A stretch of DNA of 64,000 nucleotides from Mobula hypostoma (lineage: Eukaryota), in assembly GCF_963921235.1 (NCBI RefSeq), contig NC_086107.1, positions 108,626,001 through 108,690,000 on the forward strand, read 5' to 3'. Made by a program: the position numbers and the translations under genes. Below, one piece after another: positions 10,831 to 23,384 of the stretch. The notes beneath the pieces were generated by a model that saw nothing but the letters and a program-made list of their open reading frames with translations, did no database searches and was not told where the DNA came from. How positions within the stretch are numbered: position 1 is the stretch's first letter; every line of letters starts with the position of its first letter.

Positions 10831-13770
10831 TTTTAAATCTTTTTATTGAATAAGTATACAAAAAAGGTAAGCCATATAAACATTAATACAATGTTAAAGT
10901 ATAATAAAATTTCAAAAGGTATCAATACCAAAAAAAAATACTACAAACAATGTAATTTAAACATAAGAAACCAAGATAACATAATATTATACTAAATTTT
11001 ATATATATCAATGGAGAAAAAAGAAAAAAAAAACCCACCGTGCAACTAACTAAAAGCAAAACAAAGCAATGGGCTAACTTGAAACCAAACAGAGTTAAAC
11101 TTAAAATCACGTCCTCAATCCCGACTTCCATTAAAAACAGTAAAAAAAACAAGAAGGGTAAATATTACATTAAATGAAAATATCAAATAAAAGGTCCCCA
11201 AATCTGTTCAAATTTAAATGAAGAATCATAAAGGTTACTTCTAATTTTCTCCAAATTCAAACATAAAATCGTCTGAGAAAACCAAAAAAAGGTAGTTGGA
11301 GCATTAAGCTCTTTCCAATGTTGTAAAATACATCTTTTCGCCATCAAAGTAAGAAATGCAATCATTCTACGGGCTGAAAGGGAAAGATTACCAGAAATTT
11401 TAGGTAGTCCAAAGATAGCAGTAATAGGGTGAGGAGAGATATCTATATTTAATACCTTAGAAATAATATTAAAAATATCTCTCCAAAAAGTTTCCAAAGT
11501 AGGGCAAGACCAAAACATATGAGTTAAAGAGGCTATCTGCCCCGAACATCTATCACAAAAAGGATTAATATGCGAGTAAAAACGCGCTAACTTATCTTTG
11601 GACATATGTGCTCTATGAACCACTTTAAATTGAATTAGGGAATGTTTAGCACAAATAGAGGAAGTATTAACTAATTGTAAAATCTGCCCCCAATCATCCA
11701 CAGAAATGGTAAGCCCCAATTCCTGTTCCCAATCTACCCTAATCTTATCAAATGGAGCTTTCCTAAGTTTCATAATAATATTATAAATCATAGCCAATGC
11801 ACCTTTCTGACATGGATTGAGGTTAATTATCGAATCTAAAATATATGTAGGAGGAAGCATTGGAAAGGAAGAAAGTATAGTACTTAGGAAATTTCTAACT
11901 TGTAAATATCTAAAAAAATGTATTCTTGATAAGTTATATTTATTAGATAATTGTTCAAAAGACATAAGGGAACCATCTAAAAATAAATCCAAAAACCGTA
12001 AAATACCCTTAGTCTTCCAAGTTTGAAAAGCGCGATCCGTAAAAGAGGGAGGAAAAAATATGTTACCTAAAATAGGAATCGCTAACCCGAATTGATTAAG
12101 ATCAAAAAAATTTCTGAATTGAAACCAAATGCGCAAAGCATATTTAACTATCGGGTTAGAGACCTGCTTAAGGCGTTTCAAATCAAAAGGGAGAGAGGAG
12201 CCTAAAATAGAGCCAAGTGTATAACCCTGAACAGATTGTAGTTCCAATGCTACCCATTTAGGAATAGATAGTATGTCCTGATCAAGTAACCAAAATTTCA
12301 TATGTCGAATATTAATAGCTCAATAATAGAATGTAAAGTTAGGTAATGCTAAACCTCCATCTCTCTTAGCTTTCTGTAAATGTATTTTACCCAGTCTCGG
12401 ATTCTTATTCTGCCAAATAAATGAAGAAATTTTAGAGTCAACTTTATCAAAGAAAGATTTTGGAACAAAAATTGGTAATGCCTGAAACACATATAAAAAT
12501 TTTGGCAAAAAAAACATCTTAACTGCATTAATACGACCAATCAAAGTTAAATATAAGGGAAACCATTTAGATGAAAGTTGAGTAATATGGTCTATTAATG
12601 GTAAAAAGTTAGTCTTAAATAAATCTTTGTATTTACAAGTAATTTTAATCCCAAGATATGAGAAATAATTATTAATCAATTTAAATGGAAATTTATAATA
12701 TAAGGGAAAATGTTTATTAATCGGAAAAAGTTCACTCTTACTAAGATTTAATTTATAACCTGAAAAAAAAACAAATTGTGCTAATAACTCTAAAACAGCA
12801 GGAATAGATTTCTCAGGATTAGAAATATATAAAAGTAAATCATCAGCATAGAGTGATAATTTATGGGACTTTAATCCCCGAGTTATCCCAGTAATATTTG
12901 AAGATTCTCGAATGGCAATTGCAAGAGGTTCTAATGCAATATCAAATAATAGGGGACTAAGAGGACAGCCTTGTCGAGTACCTCGAAAGAGAGGAAAAAA
13001 AGGTGAGTTTAAAGAGTTAGTACGAACCGAGGCTACAGGGGAATGATATAACAGTTTAATCCAAGATATAAATTTCAAGCTAAAATTAAACATTTCAAGC
13101 ACCTTAAATAAATAAGGCCATTCTACTCTATCAAAAGCTTTCTCGGCATCTAAAGAAATAACACACTCAGGAACATTTTGTGAGGGAGTATAAACGATAT
13201 TTAACAATGTACGAATATTATAAAAAGAATAACGACCTTTAATAAAACCCGTTTGGTCTTCCGAAATAATAGAAGGAAGTACTTTTTCTAGTCTATTTGC
13301 TAATAACTTAGAAAAAACTTTAGAATCAACATTTAATAAAGATATTGGTCTATAAGATGCACATTGAGCAGGATCTTTATCCTTCTTTAGTATTAAAGAA
13401 ATTGATGCTCTATTAAAAGACTCAGGAAGTTTACCAAGTTTCAGAGAAGCCTCAAAAACCCTACAGAGCCAAGGGATCAATAAAGAGGCAAAACATTTAT
13501 AAAATTCAACGGTAAACCCATCCGGGCCAGGAGCTTTCCCCAGATTCATAGAAAAAATAGCATTCTTAATCTCATCCATTGTAATGGAAGTATCTAATAA
13601 AGAAGACATATCCTGTGAAATCTGAGGGAAGTCTAACTTATCTAAAAAATCATTCATATATTTAGAATCTCGAGAAGACTCTGATTGATATAAAGAAGAA
13701 TAAAAATCACAAAAGGTTTGATTAATCCCCACATGATCCAGTATCAATCGATCATTTTGATTATAAATAG
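10831..13770 (-). mobile_element. 5'-truncated L1-clade LINE
   Basis: RT and C-terminal ORFs, T-rich 3' UTR, AATAAA and a short A tail near 10831-10848; very AT-rich. Confidence 0.92.
11183..13747 (-). pseudogene. L1 ORF2 (reverse transcriptase + CCHC zinc knuckle) with an internal stop
   Basis: KAPGPDG, YRPISLLN, SLDAEKAFDRVEW, GTRQGCPLSP, LYADD, CDRC..HMFWSC; the two ORFs are in one frame (FYY*AINIRHMKF). Confidence 0.92.
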
Positions 13771-13919
13771 ATTTGCTGAGTATGCCCGCAGGAAAATGAA
13801 TCTCAGGGTTGTATGTGGAAACATATATGTAATCTGATAATAAAATTTACTTTGAACTTTGAAAACTAGAGTGGCAACAGTGACCTGCTTTCTTGAACCA
13901 ACCTGATCCATGTGAAGAT

Positions 13920-14765
13920 ATTGGAGAAGCTTCTCCGAGGATCATTACCTTGTTGAGCCAGAGACGCTTGTTAGTTCTTGAGATCCCAAGAGCAATGCCA
14001 TCTGGGACATGGTCACCCAGAGTGGTAAGGTCAAAAGGCAGGTTCCAGACAAAGAGCGGAACAACTAAGACCTCAGCAGTGGAGCTGGCAGATGATTACA
14101 CATGACGATGACTGTGAAGATGGAGGAAGGTTGCAGCAGTGAAGGATCCTCAGCAATATTCCCTTCCCTCAAATTTGTAATGAGCAGTGTGTATTAAAAT
14201 CTTGTGCTGTGCAATTTTTTTTGCCCAGTGACAACAATGTGTGTGCACTGAATCTATCATAGCTGCACGTTCCTGACCTCATGAGCTTTCAGTGTATCAG
14301 TTTCTATTGTTTCATCAAGCCATTCCGCCTTAAATGAACTAACAGTTCTTTTGCACTTTGCGCCCTTTGCCTCTTTGGAATTTGACATAGTGAATCAATA
14401 ATTTCTTCGATAAAAGTGCAAATAAGCCAGTTCTAAAATCTGCAGACAAATCATCGCAAACACCACATTGTCAGCACCATCTGCATCAGAAACCAGAAAG
14501 GGAAATGTGATTGTGTACAATCATGAAGTGTATTTAACATGCCAGTGAGGTAGAGGGTGACAGTTTAAATTCCTTTGTGTGCTAGTAGCAAAAGATGTGT
14601 GTGTGCGCACACGTGCACACCATAGCGGAAATATTGGTCCCCAGTCATCTTGCATGCCATGCAACTGAACATGACCCTGATCTGTCAAGGACCATGTGCT
14701 GGCTGCCCGTGCATCAGGTGTCTCATGTTAAACAAAGTCATGCATAAGCATTCCCCATTAAGGGA
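13920..14765 (+). mobile_element. RTE (Rex3/Expander-like) 5' UTR-derived repeat, split by a hAT MITE
   Basis: ggtcaccc..ggtcaaaagg..ccagacaaagagcgg resembles Rex3/Expander 5' UTRs (recalled, not searched). Confidence 0.4.
14154..14636. mobile_element. hAT-type MITE, longer reverse-oriented relative of 1274-1607
   Basis: Ends caatattccc / ggaaatattg; internal homology to 1274-1607; decayed 8-bp TSD atcctcag/gtccccag. Confidence 0.8.
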
Positions 14766-14983
14766 ATAACCCTTTGGGAGAACATTATATTCATCTCGAA
14801 TCGAGCACACTACTACTATCGCAGAGGGTATTGGTCTATGTTGGCACTGGAATGTGTGGTGACCCTTGCAGATGGCTCCCAGCATATCCTTGTGTTGGTT
14901 GTTAAAGCAAATGACACATTTTATTTACACACACCCATCTACACACACAGACAGTCCTCAACCCCAGGACATGCCTCTGAGCC

Positions 14984-15195
14984 CCCAGTCTCCAGTCTCT
15001 GGTCTCCGGTGTTTGGCCTCCAAGTCTTCTGTATCCTGTCTCTGGTCTCCAGTCTCCACTCTTCAGACTCCTGTCTCCAGTCTCTGGTCTCCACTCTTCA
15101 GTCTTTGATCCTCAGTATGCACTCTCCAGGCTTTGGCCATTGGACTTTGACTTCTGGATTTCCAATTGACTTTCAGTCTTTTAACTTCAGTTTTC
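14984..15195. repeat. Degenerate 7-bp tandem repeat (ctccagt)n
   Basis: Repeated ctccagt/ctctggt/cttcagt units. Confidence 0.7.
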
Positions 15196-15289
15196 ATATC
15201 TAGACTAGCCGATGATGGGACCCTGAACTCCCGGCTCATCTGCATGAGGTAGAAGACTGGGTGTTGACCTTAACGATGTGTATATGATC

Positions 15290-17400
15290 TGCTGAGGGAC
15301 AGATAAGTGGCATTCAGGTATGGCGATCAAATAAGATGCAGGTACGATATCCAGAGAACCGTCTCACGTGTAATGTGGCAATTCCAGACCAAAGTTGGCA
15401 GGGCTTGAATGCTATCACCTCTTACAAAGTGAAATCAACTGGTGACAACAAGACCTCACTCCCAGATGAGCCCAATGCCTTCTATGACACATTGACCATC
15501 AAAACACAGAGGAAGCTTCACAAACCCTCATAGCCCCCAAAGACCTTGTGATTTCAGATCAGAGCATCCTTCAGGAGGGTGAACCCACAGAAAGCATCCG
15601 GTCCAGATGGGGCGCCTGGCCGAGTACTAAAGAGCTGTGCTGACCAGTTGGCTGGACATTCATCATTATCTTTAACACTTGCTTTGGCAGTCTGTGATAC
15701 CCACCTGCTTCAAGCAGGCTTCAACTATACTGGTGCCTAAGAAGAACGTGGCAACCTGTCTCAATGACTATCATACATTCACACTTCTATCCACAGTGAT
15801 GAAATGCTTTGAGAGGTTGGTGATGAAACATATCAACTCCTGCCTGAGAAGTGACTTGGATCAGCTCCAATTTGTCTACCGTCACGACAGGTCCACAGCA
15901 GATGCCATTTCATTGACTCTTCACTCAACCCTAGAACATCTGGACAGCAAAGATACATACATCAGGATGCTCTTCATTGACTACAGCTTAGCATTCAATA
16001 CCATCATCCCCTCAAAACTAATCAATAAGCCACAAGACCTTGGCCTCAAAACTTCCTTGTGCAGTTGGAGCCTCAATTTCCTCACTTGCAGACGCTAGTC
16101 AGTTCTGAATGGCAAACACATCCACATGATCTCCATCGGTACAGGTGAACCACAAGGCTGTGTGCTTAGCCCCCTGCTCTACTCACTTTATACTTATGAC
16201 TGTGTGGCTAAGCACAGCTCCAATGCCATATTTAAAAGTTTGCTGGTGACACCACTGTTGTTGGCCAAATCAAAGGTGGTGATGAATAGGAAGGAGATTG
16301 AAAATCTGGCTGAATGGTGCCATAACAACATCCTCTCACTCAACTTCAGCAAGACCGAGGAACTGATTATTGACTTCAGGAGGAGGAAACCAGAGGTACG
16401 TGAAATTCCTCAGTGGAATTTCCAAGGATCTATCCTATATCCAGCACATAAGTGCCATTACTTTATACTTTATTGTCGCCAAACAACTGATACTAGAACG
16501 TACAATCATCATAGCGACATTTGATTCTGCGCTTCCCGCTCCCTGGATTACAAATCGATAGTAAATATTAAAAATTAAATTATAAATCATAAATAGAAAA
16601 TATAAAAATGGAAAGTAAGGTAGTGCAAAAAAACTGGGATGCAGGTCCGGATATTTGGAGGGTACGGCCCAGATCCGGGTCAGGATCCATTCAGCAGTCT
16701 TATCACAGTTGGAAAGAAGCTGTTCCCAAATCTGGCCGTACGAGTCTTCATTACACAGAAAGCACGGCAGTGCCTCTACTTCCTTAGAAGTTTCTTAAGA
16801 TTTGGCATGACATCTAAAACTTTGACAAACCTCCATAGCTGTGCAGTGAAGACAATATTGACTGGTTGCATCATGGCCTGGTATGGAAACACCAGGAAAA
16901 ATAGTGGATACAGCTCAGTCCATCACGGGTAAAGCCTCCCCACCACTGAGCACATCTATATGGAGCGTTGTCACAGGAAAGCAGCATCCATTACCAAGAG
17001 ATCCCCACCATTCAGGCCATGCTCCCTTTTCACTGCTGCCATCATGAAGAAGGAACAGGAACCTCAAGACCCATACCTCCACACTCAGGAATGGCTATTA
17101 CCCCTCAACCATCAGGCTCTTGAACCAGAGGGGATAATTTCACTCAACTTCACTCGCTCATCACTGAAATGATCCCACATCCTATGGTCTCACTTTCAAG
17201 GACTCTTCATCTCAAATTCTAGATATTTATTGCTTATTTATTATTATTATTATTTTGTATTTGCACAGTTGTTGTCTTTTGCACACCGTTTGTTTGTCCA
17301 TCCTGTTGCGTGCAGTTTTTCATTGATTCTATTGTATTTCTTGGATTTACTGTATATGCCCACAAGGAAATGAATCTCAGAGTTGTATACGGTGTATATC
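15290..17400 (+). pseudogene. Rex1/Babar-type LINE, decayed RT and 3' end
   Basis: PTCFKQ..ILVPKK..CLNDY, MKCFERLV, RMLFIDYSLAFNTIIP, PQGCVLSPLLYSLYT; several frameshifts; the 3' UTR follows. Confidence 0.9.
16462..16748 (-). mobile_element. LINE 3' end nested in the Rex1-type element
   Basis: ctttattgtc (AATAAA on the minus strand) at the left end; 6-bp TSD cattac at 16456-16461 and 16749-16754. Confidence 0.7.
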
Positions 17401-17429
17401 AGGCAGGTGAAATAATGATCTTATTGATT

Positions 17430-17700
17430 TATTTAGCAATACAGCAGGGAACAGACCCTACTGGCCACTGAGCTGCACTTCCTAGCAAACCGCCTGCTTA
17501 ACCCTGGCCTAATCACAGGACAATTTACAATAAATTGTCTTTGGACCATGGGAAGAAACTGGATCACCTGGGAGGAAACCCATGCCTTCAAGGAGAGAGT
17601 GTACACACTCTTTACACACAGTGCTAGAATTGAACTCTGAAGTTCAGACAGCACCAGCAGTAAGAGTGTCACGCTAACAGCTATATTAAAATGGCACCCT
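17430..17700 (-). mobile_element. V-SINE-like element (degenerate)
   Basis: Contains the shared core ttggaccatgggaagaaactggatcacctgggaggaaacccatg. Confidence 0.6.
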
Positions 17701-17807
17701 TTAAAAGACATTTGTGTAAGTACATAGATAGGAAAGGTTTAGCGGGATACATGGCAAATGCTGGCAAATGCGACAATCTTTGCCAGCATGGCCAAGATGG
17801 ACTAAAT

Positions 17808-19360
17808 CAGAATCAGATTCAGGTTTAATATCATCGGCCATGGTCGTGAAATTTGTTAACTTTGTGGCAGCAGTACAATGCAATACATGATAAATATAGA
17901 AAAAATACTCAATTCAGAAAGTATATTACAGTTTATATGTTAAGTAGCTAAATTAAAATAACCAGTGCAAAAACAGCAATTAAAAAAAGTAGTGAGGTAA
18001 TGTTCGTGGGTTCAATGTCCATTAAGAAATCGGATGGCAGAGGGAAAGAAGCTGTTCCTGAATCACTGAGTTTGTGCCTTCGAGTTCCTGTACCTCTGTT
18101 CTGATGGTAACAATGAGAAGATGGCATGTCCTGGGTGGTGAGCTTCTTTAATGATCAATGTCGCCTTTCCTCGAAGATGTCTTCGATACTACAGAGGCTA
18201 GTGCTGACTAATTTTACAATTTTCTGCAGGTTACTTCGATCCTGTGCAGAAATCCTCCTCCCCCATACCAGATGGTGATGCAGCCAGTTAGAATGCTCTC
18301 CATGGTACGTCTGTAGACATGGTTCATGTGTTTTAGGTGACGGATCAAATCTCCTCAAAGTCCTAATGAAATATAGCTGTTGTCTTGCCTTCTTTATAGC
18401 TGCATCAATATGTTGGGACCAGGTTAAGTCCTCAGAGGTATTGACCACCAGGAACTTGAAATTTATCACCAAAGGAGGGAGGAGAAGATGGCGGCGTGAC
18501 GCAGCGCGCACGGCCATTCCGAATGATATCGATTATATGTAACTAGGGGCCATACACAATCCGGATTTGATGGAGACAGCCATGAGAAGCGCAGAGGAAC
18601 ATCTGGAGAAACTTCTGAAATGCCCGCTTCGCTGCCGCTGCTACTGTGCGATCGAGAATCTCCGGAGACGAAGGCCCCAAATCCTCGGCTTTGCCTATTG
18701 CCTGTTGCCGGGGCCGGGGTCGGAAAACTCGGCAGAGATGGTACTCGGTGTCGGAGAGGTGGTCGGAGGCTCAGAGTTTTTCGGACAGACTCGGAGTCGG
18801 ACTGTGGTCGGATGCTTCCAGGATGCTGCACCGGCAAGTTGGCGGCGCTGGAGGTTTACCGTCTGCGTGAGATGATGGGACTTTTGAGAGACTTTGAGAC
18901 TATTACCGTGCCCATGGTCTGTTCTTATCAAATTACGGCATTGTTTTGCACTGTTGTAACTGTATGTTATAATTATGTGGTTTTTGTTAGTTTTTAAGTC
19001 AGTTTGTCATGTGTTTCTGTGATATCATTCTGGAAAAACATTGTATCATTTCTTAATGCATGCATTACTAAATGACAATAATCATAATCCTCATAATCAT
19101 AATCATAATCTCTCCACTTCTGATCCCTCTATGAGGATTGGTTTGTGTTCCTTCGTCTTACCCTTTCTGAAGTCCACAATCAGCTCTTTGGTCTTACTAT
19201 CACTGAGTGCAAGGTTGTTACTGCAACACCTCTCTACCAGCTTGTATAGCTGGCCCTCTTATCAGCATCTGAGATTCTTTCGACAATGGTTGTATCATCA
19301 GCAAATTTATAGCTGGCGTCTGAGATGTGCCTAGCCACACAGTCATGGGCGTACAGAGAG
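17808..19360 (-). mobile_element. Rex1/Babar-type LINE 3' half, split by the insertion at 18474-19110
   Basis: NFKFL...SEDLTWSQHIDAAIKKARQQLYF; (tctgat)n tail at about 17808-17822. Confidence 0.85.
18474..19110 (+). mobile_element. About 640-bp noncoding retroposon with AAGATGGCGGC head (copy 1)
   Basis: Homologous to 34735-35363, 43223-43904, 56985-57447 and 62555-63368; (ataatc)n tail. Confidence 0.85.
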
Positions 19361-20107
19361 TAAGCCTACTCAGCATGATCAAGACGGGCTGAAGGGCCTT
19401 TTTCTGCATTGCATAATTCTATGAAGCAACTTTTATTTTCTCCTTGTGACTGTAAACGTACAATTTTTCATCATAGCTGAGCTTTGTGCTTAGTGGAAAG
19501 ACTTTGGGGATTTGGGATACCGAATCCCAAACCTCCCATTGCAAGAGCTCAAAACATTTCACTTAAACAATTTCATCTATAAATTCATGCCTCCAACATC
19601 CATGAAGTAGCGGGGTCCATGAAAACCAAAGAGATGCATATCAGATATGAAACACTCTCTTTGCATCAAGCATGAAGTGCTTACGAGCTGCTGTTTATTT
19701 GGAGATTATACAAGAAGAAGAAAAAGATATACAGCTGCTTGGAGTTTCAACTGCAATTATTCCAAACAACTTTTGCCTTTGGCAATGCTTAAATCAAAAA
19801 GGACTTCTCCTGTGTGCTCTTTTAAGTGATGGGTTAATTTTCTTGAATTGTCTGCGTGGGCAGTCTGGTTGTGCATAGCTACTGACAGTTTCCTCAGAGG
19901 GACAAAGTATATTTCATCAGCACGGAGTCACACACAAACACACAGACATTCATATAGTGTCTTGCAAATGTTGACGATTACAGAATACCAAAGGGTTAAC
20001 AGGGACAGAGGAAAAGGAGCGATTCAAAAAGGGCAGCTGCCAGTCCACTCCCAGCATTAACACTCATGGGGTGCTGAATAATCAGCATGGTTCATCTGTA
20101 TAATATA

Positions 20108-20659
20108 CACTCAGTGACCACTTTATTAGGTACATCTGCTCGTTATTGCAAATATATAATCAACCAATTATGTGGCAGCAACTCAGTGCATCAAAACATG
20201 CAGACGTGGTCAAAAGGTTCAGTGGTTGTTCAGACCAAACATCAGAATAGGGGAAGAAATGTGATCTAAGTGATTTTGACTATAGGCTTATTGTTGGTGC
20301 CAGATGGGGTGGTTTGAGTATCTCAGAAACTGCTGATATCCAGGGGTTTTTACATACAACACCTACAGTTTACAGGGAATGGTGCAAAAAACAAAAAAAA
20401 ACGTCAGTGAGCAGCAGTTCTGTGGGCAAAAACAGCTTGCTAATGAGAGAAGTCAGAGGAGAATGGCCGGACTGGTTCAAGCTAACAGGAAGGTGAGAAT
20501 AACTCAAACAGCCACGCATCACAGTCGCTTGCAGAAGAGCATCTCTGAACGCACAACATGGCGAACTTTGAAGTGGATGGGCTACCGCAGCAGAAGACCA
20601 TGAACACACAATCAGCGGCCACTTTATTAGGTACAGGAGGTAACTAATGACATTGAGTG
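20108..20659 (+). mobile_element. Non-autonomous Tc1-like element
   Basis: TA-cactcagtgaccactttattaggtac TIR; transposase HTH remnant (SISETAD); ends gagtg-TA. Confidence 0.85.
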
Positions 20660-23384
20660 TATAGTTTACATTTCTGTTTGCTTTGATTAAAAAAATAAGA
20701 TAATATACAAAAAAGTCAGAATTAGAATGTCCAACACACACAAAATGCTGGAGAAACTCAGCAGGTCAGGTAGCATGCACGAAGGGGAATAAACAGTCAA
20801 TCTTTCAGGTTGAGACACTTCATCTGAAGTGGAATGAGAAGATTTTTTATTATCAATGACAAGTTGCCAAGGTCTGGAACGAGCTGCCTGAAATGGTTGT
20901 TGGAGCAGATTTATTAGCTGGGGGTGGGTAAGGGTTATTCAGGGAGGGAGAGTTACTGGGCTGTGGGCAAGAAGGTAAGGATTGGTATGCTGTTGTCAAA
21001 CAGAAGGAATGATAGATTCACAAACTCTGGTAATATTGTGCTCTGGCTTCCTCACACATCCAAATGACACAAGGTTGGGGAGCTTAACTGGCCACTGTAA
21101 ATCGCTCCTTGTTTGTGGGTGAATGGAGGAATGTGGGAGTGGGGAGATAAGGGGAATTGGATCAGTGTAAGTGGGTGAGCACTTGGTGGACCAAAGGCTT
21201 TGATCCATGCTCAGTCACTCAATGGCCTCAAGACGATTGAGGAACTTGCACCCCATTGTCCTGCACCGATATTCATCCCTTTACCAACCAAGCATAGGGT
21301 TTTTAGTCATCACTGATGTTTGTGGGATCTTGCTGTGCACGCGATGGCCGCTGGCGTTCCTGCCACATTGACCAGGCTCCAAGACATGCTCTATTGGTAG
21401 AGAAACTCTCTTGGATGACCTGAGCTTGCATTAGGTTCTACAGAATGCAGCTCTGCCTTTCTTCGGGAGGTGTGGGGGGTGGGGTGGTGGAGTCCAGGTC
21501 CGTGATTTCACTTCCAGTGACGGATGGGCTCGGACTTGGTTTAGCTACGGGGGAAGAGGTATCAAGCACGGTCTGGCATCCACCGGCATAATGCGGAGAT
21601 GAACTGCACTTACAGGAAGGGGAGGCAAGTAGGGTAAAGGCAGAGAGACAGAGAGAGCAGAGAATGTGTTAAGACTTTAAGGAGGTTGGTGAACTGAAGT
21701 TATTCATGTGTTCTTGAAGAAGACCCAAAAATGGCTTCATAAGTGGGACAACAAACACAAGAAAATCAGGCAGGAGGCCATTCGGCCCCTCAAACCTGCC
21801 CTGTCATTCAATGCCGATCTACCCCAGGCCTCAGCTTTACCCCTGTTGGGTTCAGTCCTGGTCAGTTATAAAAGCAGGGATCAGTATTCCGGTTCGGGTC
21901 AGATTAGAGTGGTCTGCCTCTCTGTATAGTAAATATTTCTACCATTTATTGGGACCTATCAGCGACATGGTAATAGAAACTATATGGGGAACCTACAGAG
22001 AGCAGGTGTGCGACCACGGCGGCCAGGGATTCTGATCGTGTTGGGAATCAAAAATATTCCACGACTACCAGTTTGAGTTGGGTTGGATTTTAATTTCTAA
22101 GACCTTTGCATCACACTGCCTCACTGACTAGTGCATGATACTCTATGCAGAAAAGATATATTGTGTTTTTAGGTGACCTGTGGTCTGAAATCTAAATTAT
22201 GGGTAATTAAGAAACAGAGATCTGGGATGACAGGACGGAAGATGTTGGCAGGTGGCTAGTGAGTAAAATTTGTGCCTCATAAACAATCAGCACAGTTGTT
22301 AATCTACTGGAATGAAAGCTGTTAAGGACATCTTCAAGAACTCATGTCTCAAAAGGTGACATCCATCATTAACATCTGGAACATGTTCTCTTTGGGTTAC
22401 CACCATCAGGGACGAGGTACAGTGACAGAAGACTCATACTCAAGGTTTTAGGAACATGTTCTCCTCCACCATCAGATTTATGAATGGTCCATGAACCTAT
22501 GAACACTATCTTATTATTTGCTTTTTGCATTATTATTTTTGTAACATATTGTAAAGTCAGTGATTCAGTAGTTCTATTTAATGTCACAGAATGTATACAG
22601 TATACAACCTGAAATTCTTACTCTTCACAGACATTCACGAAACATAGAGAAAAGAACCCAAAGAATGAATGACAGAAAAATATTAGAACCCCAAAAGCAC
22701 CCTCCCTCCCCTCCCGCACACAAGCAGCAGCAAAGCATCAACACCCACTTCCTCTCCCCCCCAAATGTTCCAGCAGAAAGCATCAACCCCCCCCCCACCA
22801 CCATTTAAACAACAGCAAGCCCCAGAGACCATGATCTATAGACCATCAGAAACTCTGCTGTCCATCCTAACACCTTGACATCTCAACCGGCTCTCTCTCT
22901 CTTTCGCTAACGAAGGGGAGAAAAATATCGCTCCTGCCACAGTGGGGGGGGGGGGGCAACTGTTCACTGTTTGTTTCGGTGTTACAGTCTGTAGTCGCTT
23001 ATTTCAAGTTCCCCCAACTCGAGAATCAGCAAACTCTCTCCCACCATAGAAAGAGGGAGAGAGAGTGATTGCTCAAGTGCAGAGGCCTCCAGCATCCTCG
23101 AATGCTCTCTCGATGTTCCAATCTCTCACGATGCTTCAGTCAGTGACACCAACAAGGAATCGCGTCGTCTGCAGGGCCACACAAGGCCGCACGCCATAGG
23201 CGCACGACTTTGGGCCTATTTATGTCCTGCACTGTACTACCGCTACAAAGCTACATATTTCACAAATATGTCAGTGGTAATAAACCTGAACCTAATTCTG
23301 AACCGGAATTACGGCTAAAATAAGTTCATACCCTACCAGGACAAATGGGAAATTAAATTCAACTACAATTACAAAGTAATTTTC

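Noticed and set aside
10824..13777. 7-bp TSD atttgct around the L1
   Set aside because: Compared with the copy at 17220-17400, the host Rex1-type UTR seems to be missing sequence across the junction, so the match may be coincidental.
18466..18997. Overlapping ORFs of 100-157 aa in the noncoding retroposon copies (also 43448-43982, 62635-62961)
   Set aside because: GC-rich stop-poor sequence; frames and lengths are inconsistent among copies and contain no known domain.
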